Source: Gemmatimonadota bacterium (GTDB taxonomy: Bacteria > Gemmatimonadota > Gemmatimonadetes > Gemmatimonadales > Gemmatimonadaceae). Taken from it: a stretch of 64,000 bases of DNA. Below are positions 9,154 through 19,286 of this stretch, piece by piece. Within the stretch, counting starts at the first letter, position 1; every line of letters starts with the position of its first letter. The stretch is from positions 55,063-119,062 of the forward strand of contig JANMLN010000054.1 of assembly GCA_031372565.1 (NCBI GenBank). Reading direction: 5' to 3'. The notes beneath the pieces are model-generated. The model did not search any database and was not told the DNA's origin. It saw only the letters and a program-made list of their open reading frames with translations. Position numbers and translations under genes: made by a program.

Positions 9154-12100
9154 CTACGCCGGTGGTCGCGCCGGTACCGCGCCCGCTGCACCGCCCGGTC
9201 GCCCCTGTCCACCACCCGGCCCCCCGAACCCACCGCGCGGCCGCTTGACGCCATCCGGCACCAGCGCCCACTGCTCCGGCGACAGTACGGCGCGCGCCTG
9301 TTCGATCGCCGCCGCGGTCGCGACACGCGCCTTCTGCAGTTGCGGCTGCAAGGTCGTGAAGGCGTCGCGCGGATCGGGACTCGTTCCCATGCGCGCGAGC
9401 AACACGCGCAACGTGTCGCCGATCACGCGCTGCGCACGCGCGAGCGAATCGCGCACGCCGGTCAGCTGCGCGATCTGATCGGGTGAGAGCGCGAGCGAGT
9501 CCTTGCGCGCCAGGATCGAGTCGAGCGGATTGGGCAGCAGTTGCGTGATGCGCTCGTTGGTGGCTGCTGCGTCGCTGCCCGAACCGAACACTTGGCGCAA
9601 CCGATCACGCACCGGGTCTGGTCCGATGGCCAGTCGCGCCTGCACGGTGAGCAGGAAGGGCGGACGAAACGCATTGGTGGCGAGTGAGGTCTGGCCGAAC
9701 CGTCCGTTCACCTGATACCGGTACGCGTTGGACAGCGGGTCGAAGCCGTGCACGGTGAGCAGCGTGTTGTCCGGCCGAGGCGCCTGCCCCCAGCCCTGCA
9801 TCGCGTTCTCGCCGTGGAGCAGCTGGTCGAGTCCGACGAGGAAGTTCACGGTGCCCACGGAGAGCGTGAGGCGACGGTCGAGGCCGAACACGGTGGGACG
9901 CAGGTTGAACTGGAAGTCGAGACCGCCGATCCACGGGCCCGTGCACCCGTTCCGGTCCGCGACCCGCCCGAGCATCGTGCTCAGGCACTCCTTCACGCTG
10001 CCGGGCACCACGCCGATCAATCGGCGCATGCCGTTGGCGACCGCGGTATCGGTCGCGCTAGCAGGATTGAACACGAACGCCTGATCATTACGTGCGCCGT
10101 CGCCATTGATGTCATTGCCGACCAGCGGTGTGAATGGGGCACCGGAGCTCAGTCGCCCGATCGCCGACACCTCGAGCCAGCTCAATGCGGGCCATGTCAC
10201 CGTCGTGATGATGCTATGTGTGCGCTGCAGGTCGCTCGTGGCCCAGCTCCGCACGTTCGGGTCGCCCGCCGTACTCGATCCCACGCCTTGGCCGCCGAAG
10301 CTCCCCGGGAAGGAGTTCTGGTCGACCGACCGCGTCCAGGTGTAGTTCACGGACGCCTGCACGCCGCGCGCCGTGCTCGCCGCCACGCCAACAATCACCT
10401 GCTTGGTGTCCGACTGCAGGTCCGACGACGTGAGCAGAACGCGACCGTACGACGGGTTCACGCGTGACGCCGCCAGCGTGGTCGCCCCACTGAACGCGGC
10501 AATCGACGCAGCCGGCACGTACACCGGACGACCCCCCTCGGTGACGAGCGCAAAGGCCGGCGTGCCGACAAGATTCAAGTCGCGGTAGCCGGTTTGCGAG
10601 ACACCGAGTGCATAGTTGGCGTCGAGTGAGAGCGTGACACGCTGCGCGATCCGGTGCGTGACGCCCAACGACGCGCGCCACGCACGCGGCGACTGGAAGT
10701 CGGGCGACATGACGGTGGCGTTTGGCTGCGCGCTGAACGTTGGCGACGGCAGGCCGACACAGCGCGTGGGGATGAGCGCCGGATTTGCCGCCCATGCACT
10801 GAAGTCGGGGGTGGGCACGGCCACACCCACGCATGCCAGTTGCGACTCGTTCGTGATCAGGCCGGTGGCACCCTGCGCCGCACTCAAGAGTTGCGACGGC
10901 GTGAGGCCGCGAAACTCGCCGAAGCCACCACGAACAATCGTCGCCGGTCCGAACGGCGCAGCGAGCCCGCCACCTCCGCCGCCGCCGCCGCCTCCACCAA
11001 AGCCCCCTGCGCCGCGACCACCACCACCGCCGCCGCCAGGGCCACCAAAGCCGCCGCGTCCTCCGGCTGCTCCCTCGGGACGATCACTCCCCTGTGCCGA
11101 CGAGTTGAGCTGCCCGATGGACCAGGTGAAGCCGAGCCGCGGGCTCAGGTGTGTTTCGGTGGGAAAACGGTCCGTGCGAATGCCGAAGAGCGAGTCGAGT
11201 CTCGCGTTGTATGCGGGGGCGCCGTCGAAGCGCGTGCCCTCGAGTCGCAAGCCGTACGTGAGCTGGAAGGTCGGTCGCACGCGCCAGACATCGCCCGCGT
11301 ACAGTGCCGCGTTGATCGTGCCACCGTCGCGGAGTGTGGGGGTCAGCGTGCGCGTGAACGACGCCGGCCGATTCGCCGAGAAGTCCGCGAGCGATGCGTA
11401 CGTGAAGGTGCCCCAGCGATTGTTGGTGACGTCCTGCTGGTAGGTGGAGCGATTCACCAGCGCGCCGAGCTTGAAGCGGTGTGGCGTGCCGATCGGGATG
11501 AATGACACCTCCTCGCTCGCCTCGAACCCGCGCTGGCGCTGCGCCTGCGGCAACGAGCTGTTGCCACCAAACGAGAGCACCGACGCCCCGGTCGTGCCAA
11601 CGCCAGCCGAGCTGCCCAGGTCGGAAATGAGCTGCACGCGCCCTGCCGACACGGTCAGGTACGGATCGCTCTGGTTGTCACTCACCGAGGCATACGCGCG
11701 CGCCTCGTTGATGATCGCGCCACGATCGGTGGTAAAGTGCGACGTGACCGAGGCCAGCAGGCCGCCACCCGTGCCGAGCGTGGAGGCGCCGCCGGTCGGG
11801 AGTCCGAGCGAGGAGATGCGCGCCGCATCGGACTCGTTCGAGCGCACATCGAAGCGCAGCGTGAGCGAATGATCATCGCTCGGCTTCGCATCGAGGCGCA
11901 CGAACAGCTGGTTGCCCGTGCTCGGCCGGTCGCCGGGAATACCGGCGAGGCTGAGCGGCAGCGAATCGGCGAGCACGCCGGCGAGGAAGGCGGACACCGA
12001 ATCCGGGCTCGCGCCCAGACGCAGCAGTGTGGCGCTGTTGGCGCGCGCCGAGAGCAACGAGGTGAGCGGATCGGACCGACCACGCACCTGAAAGGCCGCG

Positions 12101-12996
12101 AAGGCGAACAGCTTGTCCTGGATGAGCGCTCCGCCGAGCCCGCCCGAGAGCGTATTCTGCCGATAGGCCGCACCGAAGGCGCCAGCATCCGACTGCTGCA
12201 CCGCGAGCGAGGGATCGCGATAGCTGTCGGTGAGGGTACCCTGCAGCACGTTGGTACCACTGCGCGTGGTGCTGGCGATCTCGCCGCCGGAGAACTGGCC
12301 GCGTGCGACATCGTAGGTGCTGGTGATGACGCGCGTCGAGCGCACCGCGTCGGGCGGCGCTGACCCGCTGCCGAACGACAGGCCGTCCAGCGTGACGTTG
12401 TTGGCGGTCGCGCGCTGCCCGGCAACCGAGAAGCTGTTGGCCGTGGAATCGCTGCCGCCCAAGCCGAGCACGCCGGGTACGAGCGCCGCGATCGCGGTGA
12501 GATCGCTGGCGTCCTCGAGCGGCATGCGGACCAACTGATCAGCGTTGAACGCTCGCTCGGTCGAGCCGGGGGTGGGCCGCTCCCGGTCGTTACCCCCCTG
12601 CGCAGCGCGCACGGTGACCCCGGCGATCGATTGTGCGCCGCCGGAACCGAGTGCGAGCGCGACGTTGGTGATGAGCTGGTCTTCGTCCGCGTCGCGATTG
12701 ACGAGCACCGTGCGCGGCGTGAAGCCGATCGAGCGCACCGCGAGCTGGTACCGTCCGCCACCATCGGGGAAGACGATGACGTAGCGGCCGCGGTCGTCGG
12801 TGACGCGCGAGCGCGTGACGCGCGTATCGAGGCTCGTGGCGGTGACGGTCGCGCCGGCGAGTCCCTTCTTGTCGGGGCCGGTGACGGTGCCGGAGAGGAT
12901 GTCGGTGGTGCTACCGACTTGGGCGCGGGCGCGCGCGGGGAGCGCGACGGCGAGCAGCGCCAGCGCGAGGAGCAGGGAAAGCCGGCGGTGGGGCAT
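9154..12996 (-). CDS. TonB-dependent receptor-like outer-membrane protein (Oar-like) with N-terminal carboxypeptidase-regulatory-like domain
   Basis: Signal peptide; GTVTGPD...TDDRGRY; plug motifs VPGV, NNVTLDG, GQFSGG; barrel strands SPRLGFTW. Confidence 0.85.
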   Translation of the reverse strand: MPHRRLSLLLALALLAVALPARARAQVGSTTDILSGTVTGPDKKGLAGATVTATSLDTRVTRSRVTDDRGRYVIVFPDGGGRYQLAVRSIGFTPRTVLVNRDADEDQLITNVALALGSGGAQSIAGVTVRAAQGGNDRERPTPGSTERAFNADQLVRMPLEDASDLTAIAALVPGVLGLGGSDSTANSFSVAGQRATANNVTLDGLSFGSGSAPPDAVRSTRVITSTYDVARGQFSGGEIASTTRSGTNVLQGTLTDSYRDPSLAVQQSDAGAFGAAYRQNTLSGGLGGALIQDKLFAFAAFQVRGRSDPLTSLLSARANSATLLRLGASPDSVSAFLAGVLADSLPLSLAGIPGDRPSTGNQLFVRLDAKPSDDHSLTLRFDVRSNESDAARISSLGLPTGGASTLGTGGGLLASVTSHFTTDRGAIINEARAYASVSDNQSDPYLTVSAGRVQLISDLGSSAGVGTTGASVLSFGGNSSLPQAQRQRGFEASEEVSFIPIGTPHRFKLGALVNRSTYQQDVTNNRWGTFTYASLADFSANRPASFTRTLTPTLRDGGTINAALYAGDVWRVRPTFQLTYGLRLEGTRFDGAPAYNARLDSLFGIRTDRFPTETHLSPRLGFTWSIGQLNSSAQGSDRPEGAAGGRGGFGGPGGGGGGGRGAGGFGGGGGGGGGGGLAAPFGPATIVRGGFGEFRGLTPSQLLSAAQGATGLITNESQLACVGVAVPTPDFSAWAANPALIPTRCVGLPSPTFSAQPNATVMSPDFQSPRAWRASLGVTHRIAQRVTLSLDANYALGVSQTGYRDLNLVGTPAFALVTEGGRPVYVPAASIAAFSGATTLAASRVNPSYGRVLLTSSDLQSDTKQVIVGVAASTARGVQASVNYTWTRSVDQNSFPGSFGGQGVGSSTAGDPNVRSWATSDLQRTHSIITTVTWPALSWLEVSAIGRLSSGAPFTPLVGNDINGDGARNDQAFVFNPASATDTAVANGMRRLIGVVPGSVKECLSTMLGRVADRNGCTGPWIGGLDFQFNLRPTVFGLDRRLTLSVGTVNFLVGLDQLLHGENAMQGWGQAPRPDNTLLTVHGFDPLSNAYRYQVNGRFGQTSLATNAFRPPFLLTVQARLAIGPDPVRDRLRQVFGSGSDAAATNERITQLLPNPLDSILARKDSLALSPDQIAQLTGVRDSLARAQRVIGDTLRVLLARMGTSPDPRDAFTTLQPQLQKARVATAAAIEQARAVLSPEQWALVPDGVKRPRGGFGGPGGGQGRPGGAAGAVPARPPA

Positions 12997-13216
12997 GCCT
13001 ACAAGACGCGCGAGTGCGGTGATGCGTTGGTGGGGGGGGCGCCACGCCGCGCTGCGACGATGCCACCGTCAGCGTCGGTGGCGCGCGTGCTTGCGTCGCA
13101 GCCGCTGCATGGCATGGCCTGAGCCCTCTGCCCTCGCGCTGCATCGGCGCTCACTGCATAATCCCCCGGGCCGCAGTTGAGCCGCCTTTCTCGACATGAA
13201 TCCTCGGTGATGCCAG

Positions 13217-14968
13217 ATGAAGACAGTCCGAATGCTCGGGATCGCTGCCGCAGCTCTGCTGGTTGTTCTCGCCACGACGACCGCGGCCGCGCAGGGGAGC
13301 GCGCCGGAGCGCTTCGACGTCGTGATCCGCGGGGGACGCGTCATCGACGGCACCGGCAATCCGTGGTTCGCGGCAGATGTAGGCATCCGCGGAGACCGCA
13401 TCGTGTCGATTGGCGACCTGCGATTGGCGCGTGCCGCGCGCGAGATCGATGCGCGCGGGAAGTTCGTGACGCCAGGGTTCATCGCGCTGCACGAGCACAT
13501 CGACCGCGGCATCCTGCAGGGGCGGCGTGCCGTCGCCAACTATCTCTCTCAGGGCTTCACCACCGCCGTCATCAACGCCGACGGCCTCGAGGGGGGACTC
13601 TGGCCGTTGCGGGCGCAGCGCGACTCGCTGCGCCGACTCGGCCATGCGCTCAACCTTGTGCCGATGGTCGCGCACGGCACCGTGCGTCGCCTGGCCATGG
13701 GCACCACGCCGGCGCAGGTCATGCGACCAGCCACGCCAGCCGAACTCCGGCAGATGGAAGCACTCGTACGGCAGGGCATGGAAGAGGGCGCCTTCGGCAT
13801 GAGCACGGGGCTCGAGTATCAGCCGATGCGCTACTCGACCACCGATGAACTCATCGCGCTCGCGAAGGTCGTGGGGGAGTTCGGCGGCCACGTGCAGGCG
13901 CACATGCGGTCGCAGGGCCGCTACCCCAAGTGGCAGCTGCCGAGCCACATGGATCACCCGACCCAGCACAACGTGGACTGGCTCGACGCGATCCAGGAAG
14001 GGATCACGGTCGCACGGCGCGCGCAGGTCCCGTTCTGGTTTGACCATGTGCACCCCAAGGGGCCGCGCGAGTGGGGGATCGCCCGCGCGACCACGGCCAC
14101 CATCGCGCGCGCATGGGAAGAAGGGCTGCAGATCTACACGAACATGCACTCGTACGAAGGCTACGCGGAGACGGTCACACTCGTGCCGCGGTGGGCGCTC
14201 GCTCGGGTCGAAGTGCCGGGGATGAGCATGAGCGACAACTTCCCGCCCGTGGATTTCACCGGAGCGCGCGAGAACATGGAGCGCGCGCTGCAGGACCCGG
14301 CGCGTCGCGCGATGATGGAGCAGGACGCGCTCTACGAGATCGAGCGCCAGGGTGGCTCCGAGGGACTGCTCATCACCGGCTTCCCCGATGCGGCGCTCGT
14401 CGGGAAGACGTTGGGCGCCGTCGCGCGCGAGAAGCAGCTCTCGCTCTTCGATACCGCGCTCTGGCTCGCGCGCAACGGCTTTCCCGATGTGCTGGGCGGC
14501 GCGGTCTGGACGATGCGGGCCGTGGGCATGGTCGACATCGAGGAATGGATGCGCCATGACTGGAACGGGGTGTCGCTCGACCGCGCCGTGGATGACGTCG
14601 CCACGTGCAAGCCGTTCACGCATCCCGGCACCTGGGGCACCTCGGGTCGGCTCCTGCGCACCTTCGTGCTCGACCGGAAGACGATCACGATGCCGTACGC
14701 GATCCGCTCGCTCACCGGCGTCGGCGCGCAGGCGCTCGGCCTCACCGATCGCGGGCTCCTCCGCGAGGGGATGATGGCGGACGTCGTCGTCCTCGATCCG
14801 GCCACGATCGGCTCTGATGCGACGTATCTGACGCCGTGCGTCCGGCAGAGCGGTATCGAGGCTGTGCTGGTGAACGGCGCGGTGGTGGTGTCGGCCGGGA
14901 CGCAGGGGACGGCACTGCCCGGCCGGGTGCTCGAGCGGCAGCGACCGCGGCGTGCGGGTCCGGCGTAG
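13217..14968 (+). CDS. Secreted amidohydrolase (N-acyl-D-amino-acid deacylase family)
   Basis: IRGGRVIDGTGNPW, PGFIALHEH, GMSTGLEY, DRGLLREGMMADVVV, VLVNG. Confidence 0.9.
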   Translation: MKTVRMLGIAAAALLVVLATTTAAAQGSAPERFDVVIRGGRVIDGTGNPWFAADVGIRGDRIVSIGDLRLARAAREIDARGKFVTPGFIALHEHIDRGILQGRRAVANYLSQGFTTAVINADGLEGGLWPLRAQRDSLRRLGHALNLVPMVAHGTVRRLAMGTTPAQVMRPATPAELRQMEALVRQGMEEGAFGMSTGLEYQPMRYSTTDELIALAKVVGEFGGHVQAHMRSQGRYPKWQLPSHMDHPTQHNVDWLDAIQEGITVARRAQVPFWFDHVHPKGPREWGIARATTATIARAWEEGLQIYTNMHSYEGYAETVTLVPRWALARVEVPGMSMSDNFPPVDFTGARENMERALQDPARRAMMEQDALYEIERQGGSEGLLITGFPDAALVGKTLGAVAREKQLSLFDTALWLARNGFPDVLGGAVWTMRAVGMVDIEEWMRHDWNGVSLDRAVDDVATCKPFTHPGTWGTSGRLLRTFVLDRKTITMPYAIRSLTGVGAQALGLTDRGLLREGMMADVVVLDPATIGSDATYLTPCVRQSGIEAVLVNGAVVVSAGTQGTALPGRVLERQRPRRAGPA

Positions 14969-14991
14969 CGCGACGCGCGGGCCTACTTCGC

Positions 14992-15405
14992 TCACTTGGG
15001 CGGTTTCGTTGCGGACGCCGCGTTGAACTCGACGGCGGCACGGACGAGCGACTGGAATGCGCGCGCGTCGACCGTGTCGTCCTCATGGATGTCGATGGCG
15101 CGTCGCGTGCCGCCGTCGAGACTCGCGTTGAACAGCGCGTGCGGGTCGTTGAGCGAGGCACCATGGGCGAAGGTCAACTTCACCTTGTCCTTGTAGCGCT
15201 CACCAGTGCAGATGATGCCGCCGAGGGACCAGACGGGGACGCCCTGCATCGCGTTCGATGGTTTTCGCCATTTCACCTCTTCCACGATGTCGGGGTTCGC
15301 ATCGTGGATGAGCGCGCGCATCGCGCGCAGCGTCTCGGCGCGCCAATCCGTGGGCTCGGCGGTGTTCTTGCTGCCCGACTCGGCCTTGTTGTTGTCGAAC
15401 GCCAT
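14992..15405 (-). CDS. DUF1801 (YdhG-like) protein
   Basis: DWRAETL, EEVKW, GVPVW, VKLTFAHGASL, RRAID. Confidence 0.9.
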   Translation of the reverse strand: MAFDNNKAESGSKNTAEPTDWRAETLRAMRALIHDANPDIVEEVKWRKPSNAMQGVPVWSLGGIICTGERYKDKVKLTFAHGASLNDPHALFNASLDGGTRRAIDIHEDDTVDARAFQSLVRAAVEFNAASATKPPK

Positions 15406-15457
15406 TTGCCTGCTCCCCCAAGATGAACGACATGCACATCAGATCGCCCGACACCGA

Positions 15458-16342
15458 CTAGTGCGCAGCCCCCCGGCGGGCGAACGCCGCCGACGAGTCG
15501 ACGTACGCCCGGTACCCCTCGGGATCGATGAACGGTTGCACCGGATCCTTTGCGGCCGCGCTGGCAACAAACTTGCGATAGCGACCCCACGCTCGCGCAT
15601 GGTTCGTGACCCAGATGTCGGCGGGGAGACTGTGCAGCACGTCCACGCTGCGCTCGATATCGGCTCGTTGTTCCGCGTATCGCATCCCGAGCATCGGTTC
15701 CACGCTGCACGCGCTCACGACATTGAGCTCCCGATCACCATCACGAACGGGGAACGACCACGACGTGCACCCGCGCGTGTGGCCGCCGGTCACATGCGCC
15801 GTGAGTGCGAGCGGCCCGACCCGCACGGCATCACCGTCCTTGAAGGTGTGGACGACCGGAACCGCCGGGTAGCCCACGAGGCCGAGCCGCACGAGGGCGC
15901 GCAAGGGCCAGGTCATGTCGGGATCATCGCCGCCCGTCGACAGGGAGTAGGCGCTCGGCGCGCTCGCCCAGATCTCCGCACCGGACGCTTGCTGCAGCAC
16001 CCCCAGCCCGCCGCCGTGGTCGGGATGCGGCTCCGAGTTCACGAGCACTTTCACATCCGTGATCTTGAAGCCGAGCTTGGCGATGCTTCCCATGATCATC
16101 CGGGCGGTGCTCGGGTAGCCACCGTCGAGCACGATGTGACCCGCGGGCCCGGTGATCAGGAAGGCTGACGCGTCGTTCGCGCCGACGTAGTACAGATTGC
16201 CCGCGATGCGGAACGGTTCGGCCGGTTGCTGCCCGCCGATCTTCGTCGCATTCAGCGATCGGCCAACGAGGACGAGCGTCAGCGCACACGCGAGCGTGAT
16301 CAGCGCCGCCAGTCGGAGTCGCTTGGCGATGTGCGGTTTCAT
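15458..16342 (-). CDS. Subclass B3 metallo-beta-lactamase-like protein, EHH/DHH variant
   Basis: Signal peptide; PFRIAGNLYYVG, NSEPHPDHGGG, GGHTRGC, TNH, PFIDP. Confidence 0.88.
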   Translation of the reverse strand: MKPHIAKRLRLAALITLACALTLVLVGRSLNATKIGGQQPAEPFRIAGNLYYVGANDASAFLITGPAGHIVLDGGYPSTARMIMGSIAKLGFKITDVKVLVNSEPHPDHGGGLGVLQQASGAEIWASAPSAYSLSTGGDDPDMTWPLRALVRLGLVGYPAVPVVHTFKDGDAVRVGPLALTAHVTGGHTRGCTSWSFPVRDGDRELNVVSACSVEPMLGMRYAEQRADIERSVDVLHSLPADIWVTNHARAWGRYRKFVASAAAKDPVQPFIDPEGYRAYVDSSAAFARRGAAH

Positions 16343-16463
16343 GCTTGCAAAGCTCGCTCCCTGCAGTCACGTGACGCTACGTGACGGTACAGCGCCACGG
16401 TTCCGGTGAGCGTACGCCGGTCACCTGATGAACGCGCCATCGGGCGTCAGCCCGCCGCGGCAA

Positions 16464-18899
16464 CTAGTACTTCCAGCTGTATCCCACCCGCACCACTTGC
16501 GTCTCCAGGTAGTCCGTGCTGACGAGCCGGAAGTTGCTGCCGCGAATCGTGCGCTCTGCCTGGTTCGTGTTGAACACATCGGTAGCGTTCACGACGATCT
16601 CGCCCCGTCCGCGCTGCACGCTCTTCCTCGCGCCGACATCCAGCGCATAGCGGCTCCCGACCCGTCCTTGCGGGAGGAGGTCGGGGGCGAGGTAGACGTT
16701 GGACAGTTGCAGTTGCCACTCGCCGGGCAGGAACAGGGTCGCGTTCAGCTTGACGTTGCCCGAGGTGAGCTGCTCGCGCGCTGCCGTGTACGTGACCGGC
16801 ACCGGGTAGAGGTTCACGACCGAGAAGGCATCGATCGTGCGGCGATACACGTTGGCGTTGGCATTGAGCTGCACGGTGGCGTTGACCGACTGCTGCCAGA
16901 CCACTTCGCCCCCCGAGCTCCAACTGCGACCTGCGTTCTGGAACACGTTGTACAACAACACGCTCCCCGGAGCCTGCGTGGCGATGCGCGTGATCGTGCC
17001 GTCGACGATCCGGTGATACGCCGCGGCATACAGGCTGCCCTTGGCCCAGTTGGCCTTGTAACCCAGCTCCACGGAGGTGGAATACTGCGGCTTGAGCGCC
17101 GGGTTGCCGACCTTGATCAGCTCCGGTTCGTCGTACTTGGGGAAGATGCGGATGTCGACTTCGTTCGGCCGGTCCACGCGCCGGTTGAAGAAGAGCGAGA
17201 GCTTGTTGGAGTCGTCGAACTTCCAGGCCGCGCGCACGTTGGGGAACGGCTGGAAGTAGCGGTAGCCGTCGCTCCTGTACGTGTTGTGGTTGGGGTTGAC
17301 GTCGTAGTCCAGCTCCACCGCCTCGACGCGAATCCCCCCTTCGAGTTCGAGCTGTTGGCTCTCGAACACGTAGTTGCCGTAGAGCGCGGGGATGATCTCG
17401 CGATACGTGGCCGCGCCCCCCGCCCCGGTATCGATCGGCGTGTTCTGCCCCGGGAAGAACTGCATGTTCACCGGGATCGCGCGATACCGTCCCTTGAAAC
17501 CCCCCTCGAAGCGTCCCTGTGACAGCGGTCGGACATAGTCGACGTTCAGGTCCACGACATGTTCGTCGGACAGCAGCTTGAACGCATCGCGTCCGACAAA
17601 GGCGGGCAGGGTATTGGTGAAGAAGTACTTCTCGTCCTCGCGATGGAACGAGTAGTTGGACGTGAAGGTGAGCGTGTGCCCTGCCTGGGGAAACTTGTGC
17701 ACGAGCGCCGCAGTCGCGAACGCGGTGTACTTGACCTCGTCCTCGAGGAACTGCCAGAGCCGATAGCGGTTCTGCACCGTCCCGTCGAAGTAGGGATTGT
17801 CGCCGTCGTCGAGGATCTTCTCCCGGTTGAACAGCGCGGACACGCGCAGCGTGTTGCGCTCGTCGAACGCATGGTCCACGCCACCATTGAGCGTGGCGTA
17901 GTCGGTGGTCCGGTTGCGCTTGATCTGCTGCACGATCACCGTGCCGTCGTCGTACGTGCGCGTCGAGAACTCGTTCTTGTTGAGCGTCGGCGCATAGAGC
18001 CAGTCGGCCTGCAGGAAGGTGTTGGTCGCGCCGCTGCGGTAGTTGATCGCGGCCGACGGATTGAACTTGGGCGTGCCGCGGAACTGCTCGCGGATGGTGG
18101 GCAGGTTCTCCTTCTTGACCCAGAGCGCGCCCGCGCCCCCCACGATCCCCAGCCTGCCGTTGAAGCCCTTCTGCTCTTCCTTCTTGAAGATCAGGTTGAT
18201 GATGCCGGCGCTCGCGTTCGCATCGAACTTGGCCGACGGATTGTTGATGATCTCGATGCGCTCCAGCGCCGATGCCGGCAGGTTGTCGAGCCCGAGCTGC
18301 GAGCCGAAGCCGGTGAGCGCGGTCTGCTTGCCATCGATGAGGACCACCACCTTGTCGCTGCCGCGCACGAGCACCTTGCCGTCCTGCGCGACCGTCACCC
18401 CCGGCACCGTCGACATCGCCTGCAGGACCGACCCGCCCGCCTGCGTGATGTTGTCGCTGACGGTGAAGGTCTTGCGGTCCATCGCCTCGGCGACGGCCTC
18501 GGTCCCACCGGTGATCACGACGCCCGTCAGCGAGAGGGGCTCCCGCGCCATTGGCAGCGGCCCCAGGTCGAGGAAGGGGCTGAGTTCGCCAATCAGGACG
18601 CGCTGGCGAATCGGGCGATAGCCGATCGACCGGGCGAAGAGGACATACACCCCCTTCTTGAGCCCCGAGAAGGTGAAAGCGCCCGCCGCATCGGTGAGTC
18701 GACCCGTGACAAAGGTGCTGTCCTTCTCGGTCAGGAGTTGGAGGGAGAGGTACGGGAGTGCGGCCCGTGAGGCGGAGTCGACCAGTTGACCGGAGAGCGT
18801 GACGCCGGCGGCGGTGACCTGCGCCGAGAGGGGCGCGGCGATCGACAGGGCGAGGAGGAGCGACAGGAGGACGCGGTACGGCACGGTTGGGCGGGACAT
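16464..18899 (-). CDS. TonB-dependent receptor
   Basis: Signal peptide; plug motifs VLIDGK and IEIINNPSAKFDA; GNPALKP; C-terminal aromatic GYSWKY. Confidence 0.92.
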   Translation of the reverse strand: MSRPTVPYRVLLSLLLALSIAAPLSAQVTAAGVTLSGQLVDSASRAALPYLSLQLLTEKDSTFVTGRLTDAAGAFTFSGLKKGVYVLFARSIGYRPIRQRVLIGELSPFLDLGPLPMAREPLSLTGVVITGGTEAVAEAMDRKTFTVSDNITQAGGSVLQAMSTVPGVTVAQDGKVLVRGSDKVVVLIDGKQTALTGFGSQLGLDNLPASALERIEIINNPSAKFDANASAGIINLIFKKEEQKGFNGRLGIVGGAGALWVKKENLPTIREQFRGTPKFNPSAAINYRSGATNTFLQADWLYAPTLNKNEFSTRTYDDGTVIVQQIKRNRTTDYATLNGGVDHAFDERNTLRVSALFNREKILDDGDNPYFDGTVQNRYRLWQFLEDEVKYTAFATAALVHKFPQAGHTLTFTSNYSFHREDEKYFFTNTLPAFVGRDAFKLLSDEHVVDLNVDYVRPLSQGRFEGGFKGRYRAIPVNMQFFPGQNTPIDTGAGGAATYREIIPALYGNYVFESQQLELEGGIRVEAVELDYDVNPNHNTYRSDGYRYFQPFPNVRAAWKFDDSNKLSLFFNRRVDRPNEVDIRIFPKYDEPELIKVGNPALKPQYSTSVELGYKANWAKGSLYAAAYHRIVDGTITRIATQAPGSVLLYNVFQNAGRSWSSGGEVVWQQSVNATVQLNANANVYRRTIDAFSVVNLYPVPVTYTAAREQLTSGNVKLNATLFLPGEWQLQLSNVYLAPDLLPQGRVGSRYALDVGARKSVQRGRGEIVVNATDVFNTNQAERTIRGSNFRLVSTDYLETQVVRVGYSWKY

Positions 18900-19286
18900 G
18901 TGGGAGCGTACGGAAGCGGCGTTCAATCTTACGTAGGGAGAACCCCTTCATGGTGGTCAGGGGGTTGGCGGCGCGTCTCGCGCAGTTCCTTCCTTTTGTG
19001 GCGAGCGTATGTGTGAAACATGAGACGGTTGTGTTGTCGGGTCGCCTCAGCGTGCCGTACGGCCGAACTCAGAAGCGTCCAATCTCGCTCGGAGAAATCA
19101 GAAGCGCACGCGAGGAGAGCAGCGGAGTGAGCAGGACGACCCGAGCGCGCTCCGTGGAATGACTCGGCGCGGCGCGCTACTTGCATCACTTCAAGATGTC
19201 GAGCGACGTCGCTCGTCGAAGCATTCGTTTCTGATATACGGTCGCCGACGCGACCAATCCCCCGCTGGTCTTGGAGCCCTACCATC

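Noticed and set aside
10960..11070. ccg/cca-rich repeat tract
   Set aside because: Poly-Gly coding segment within the TonB-receptor gene
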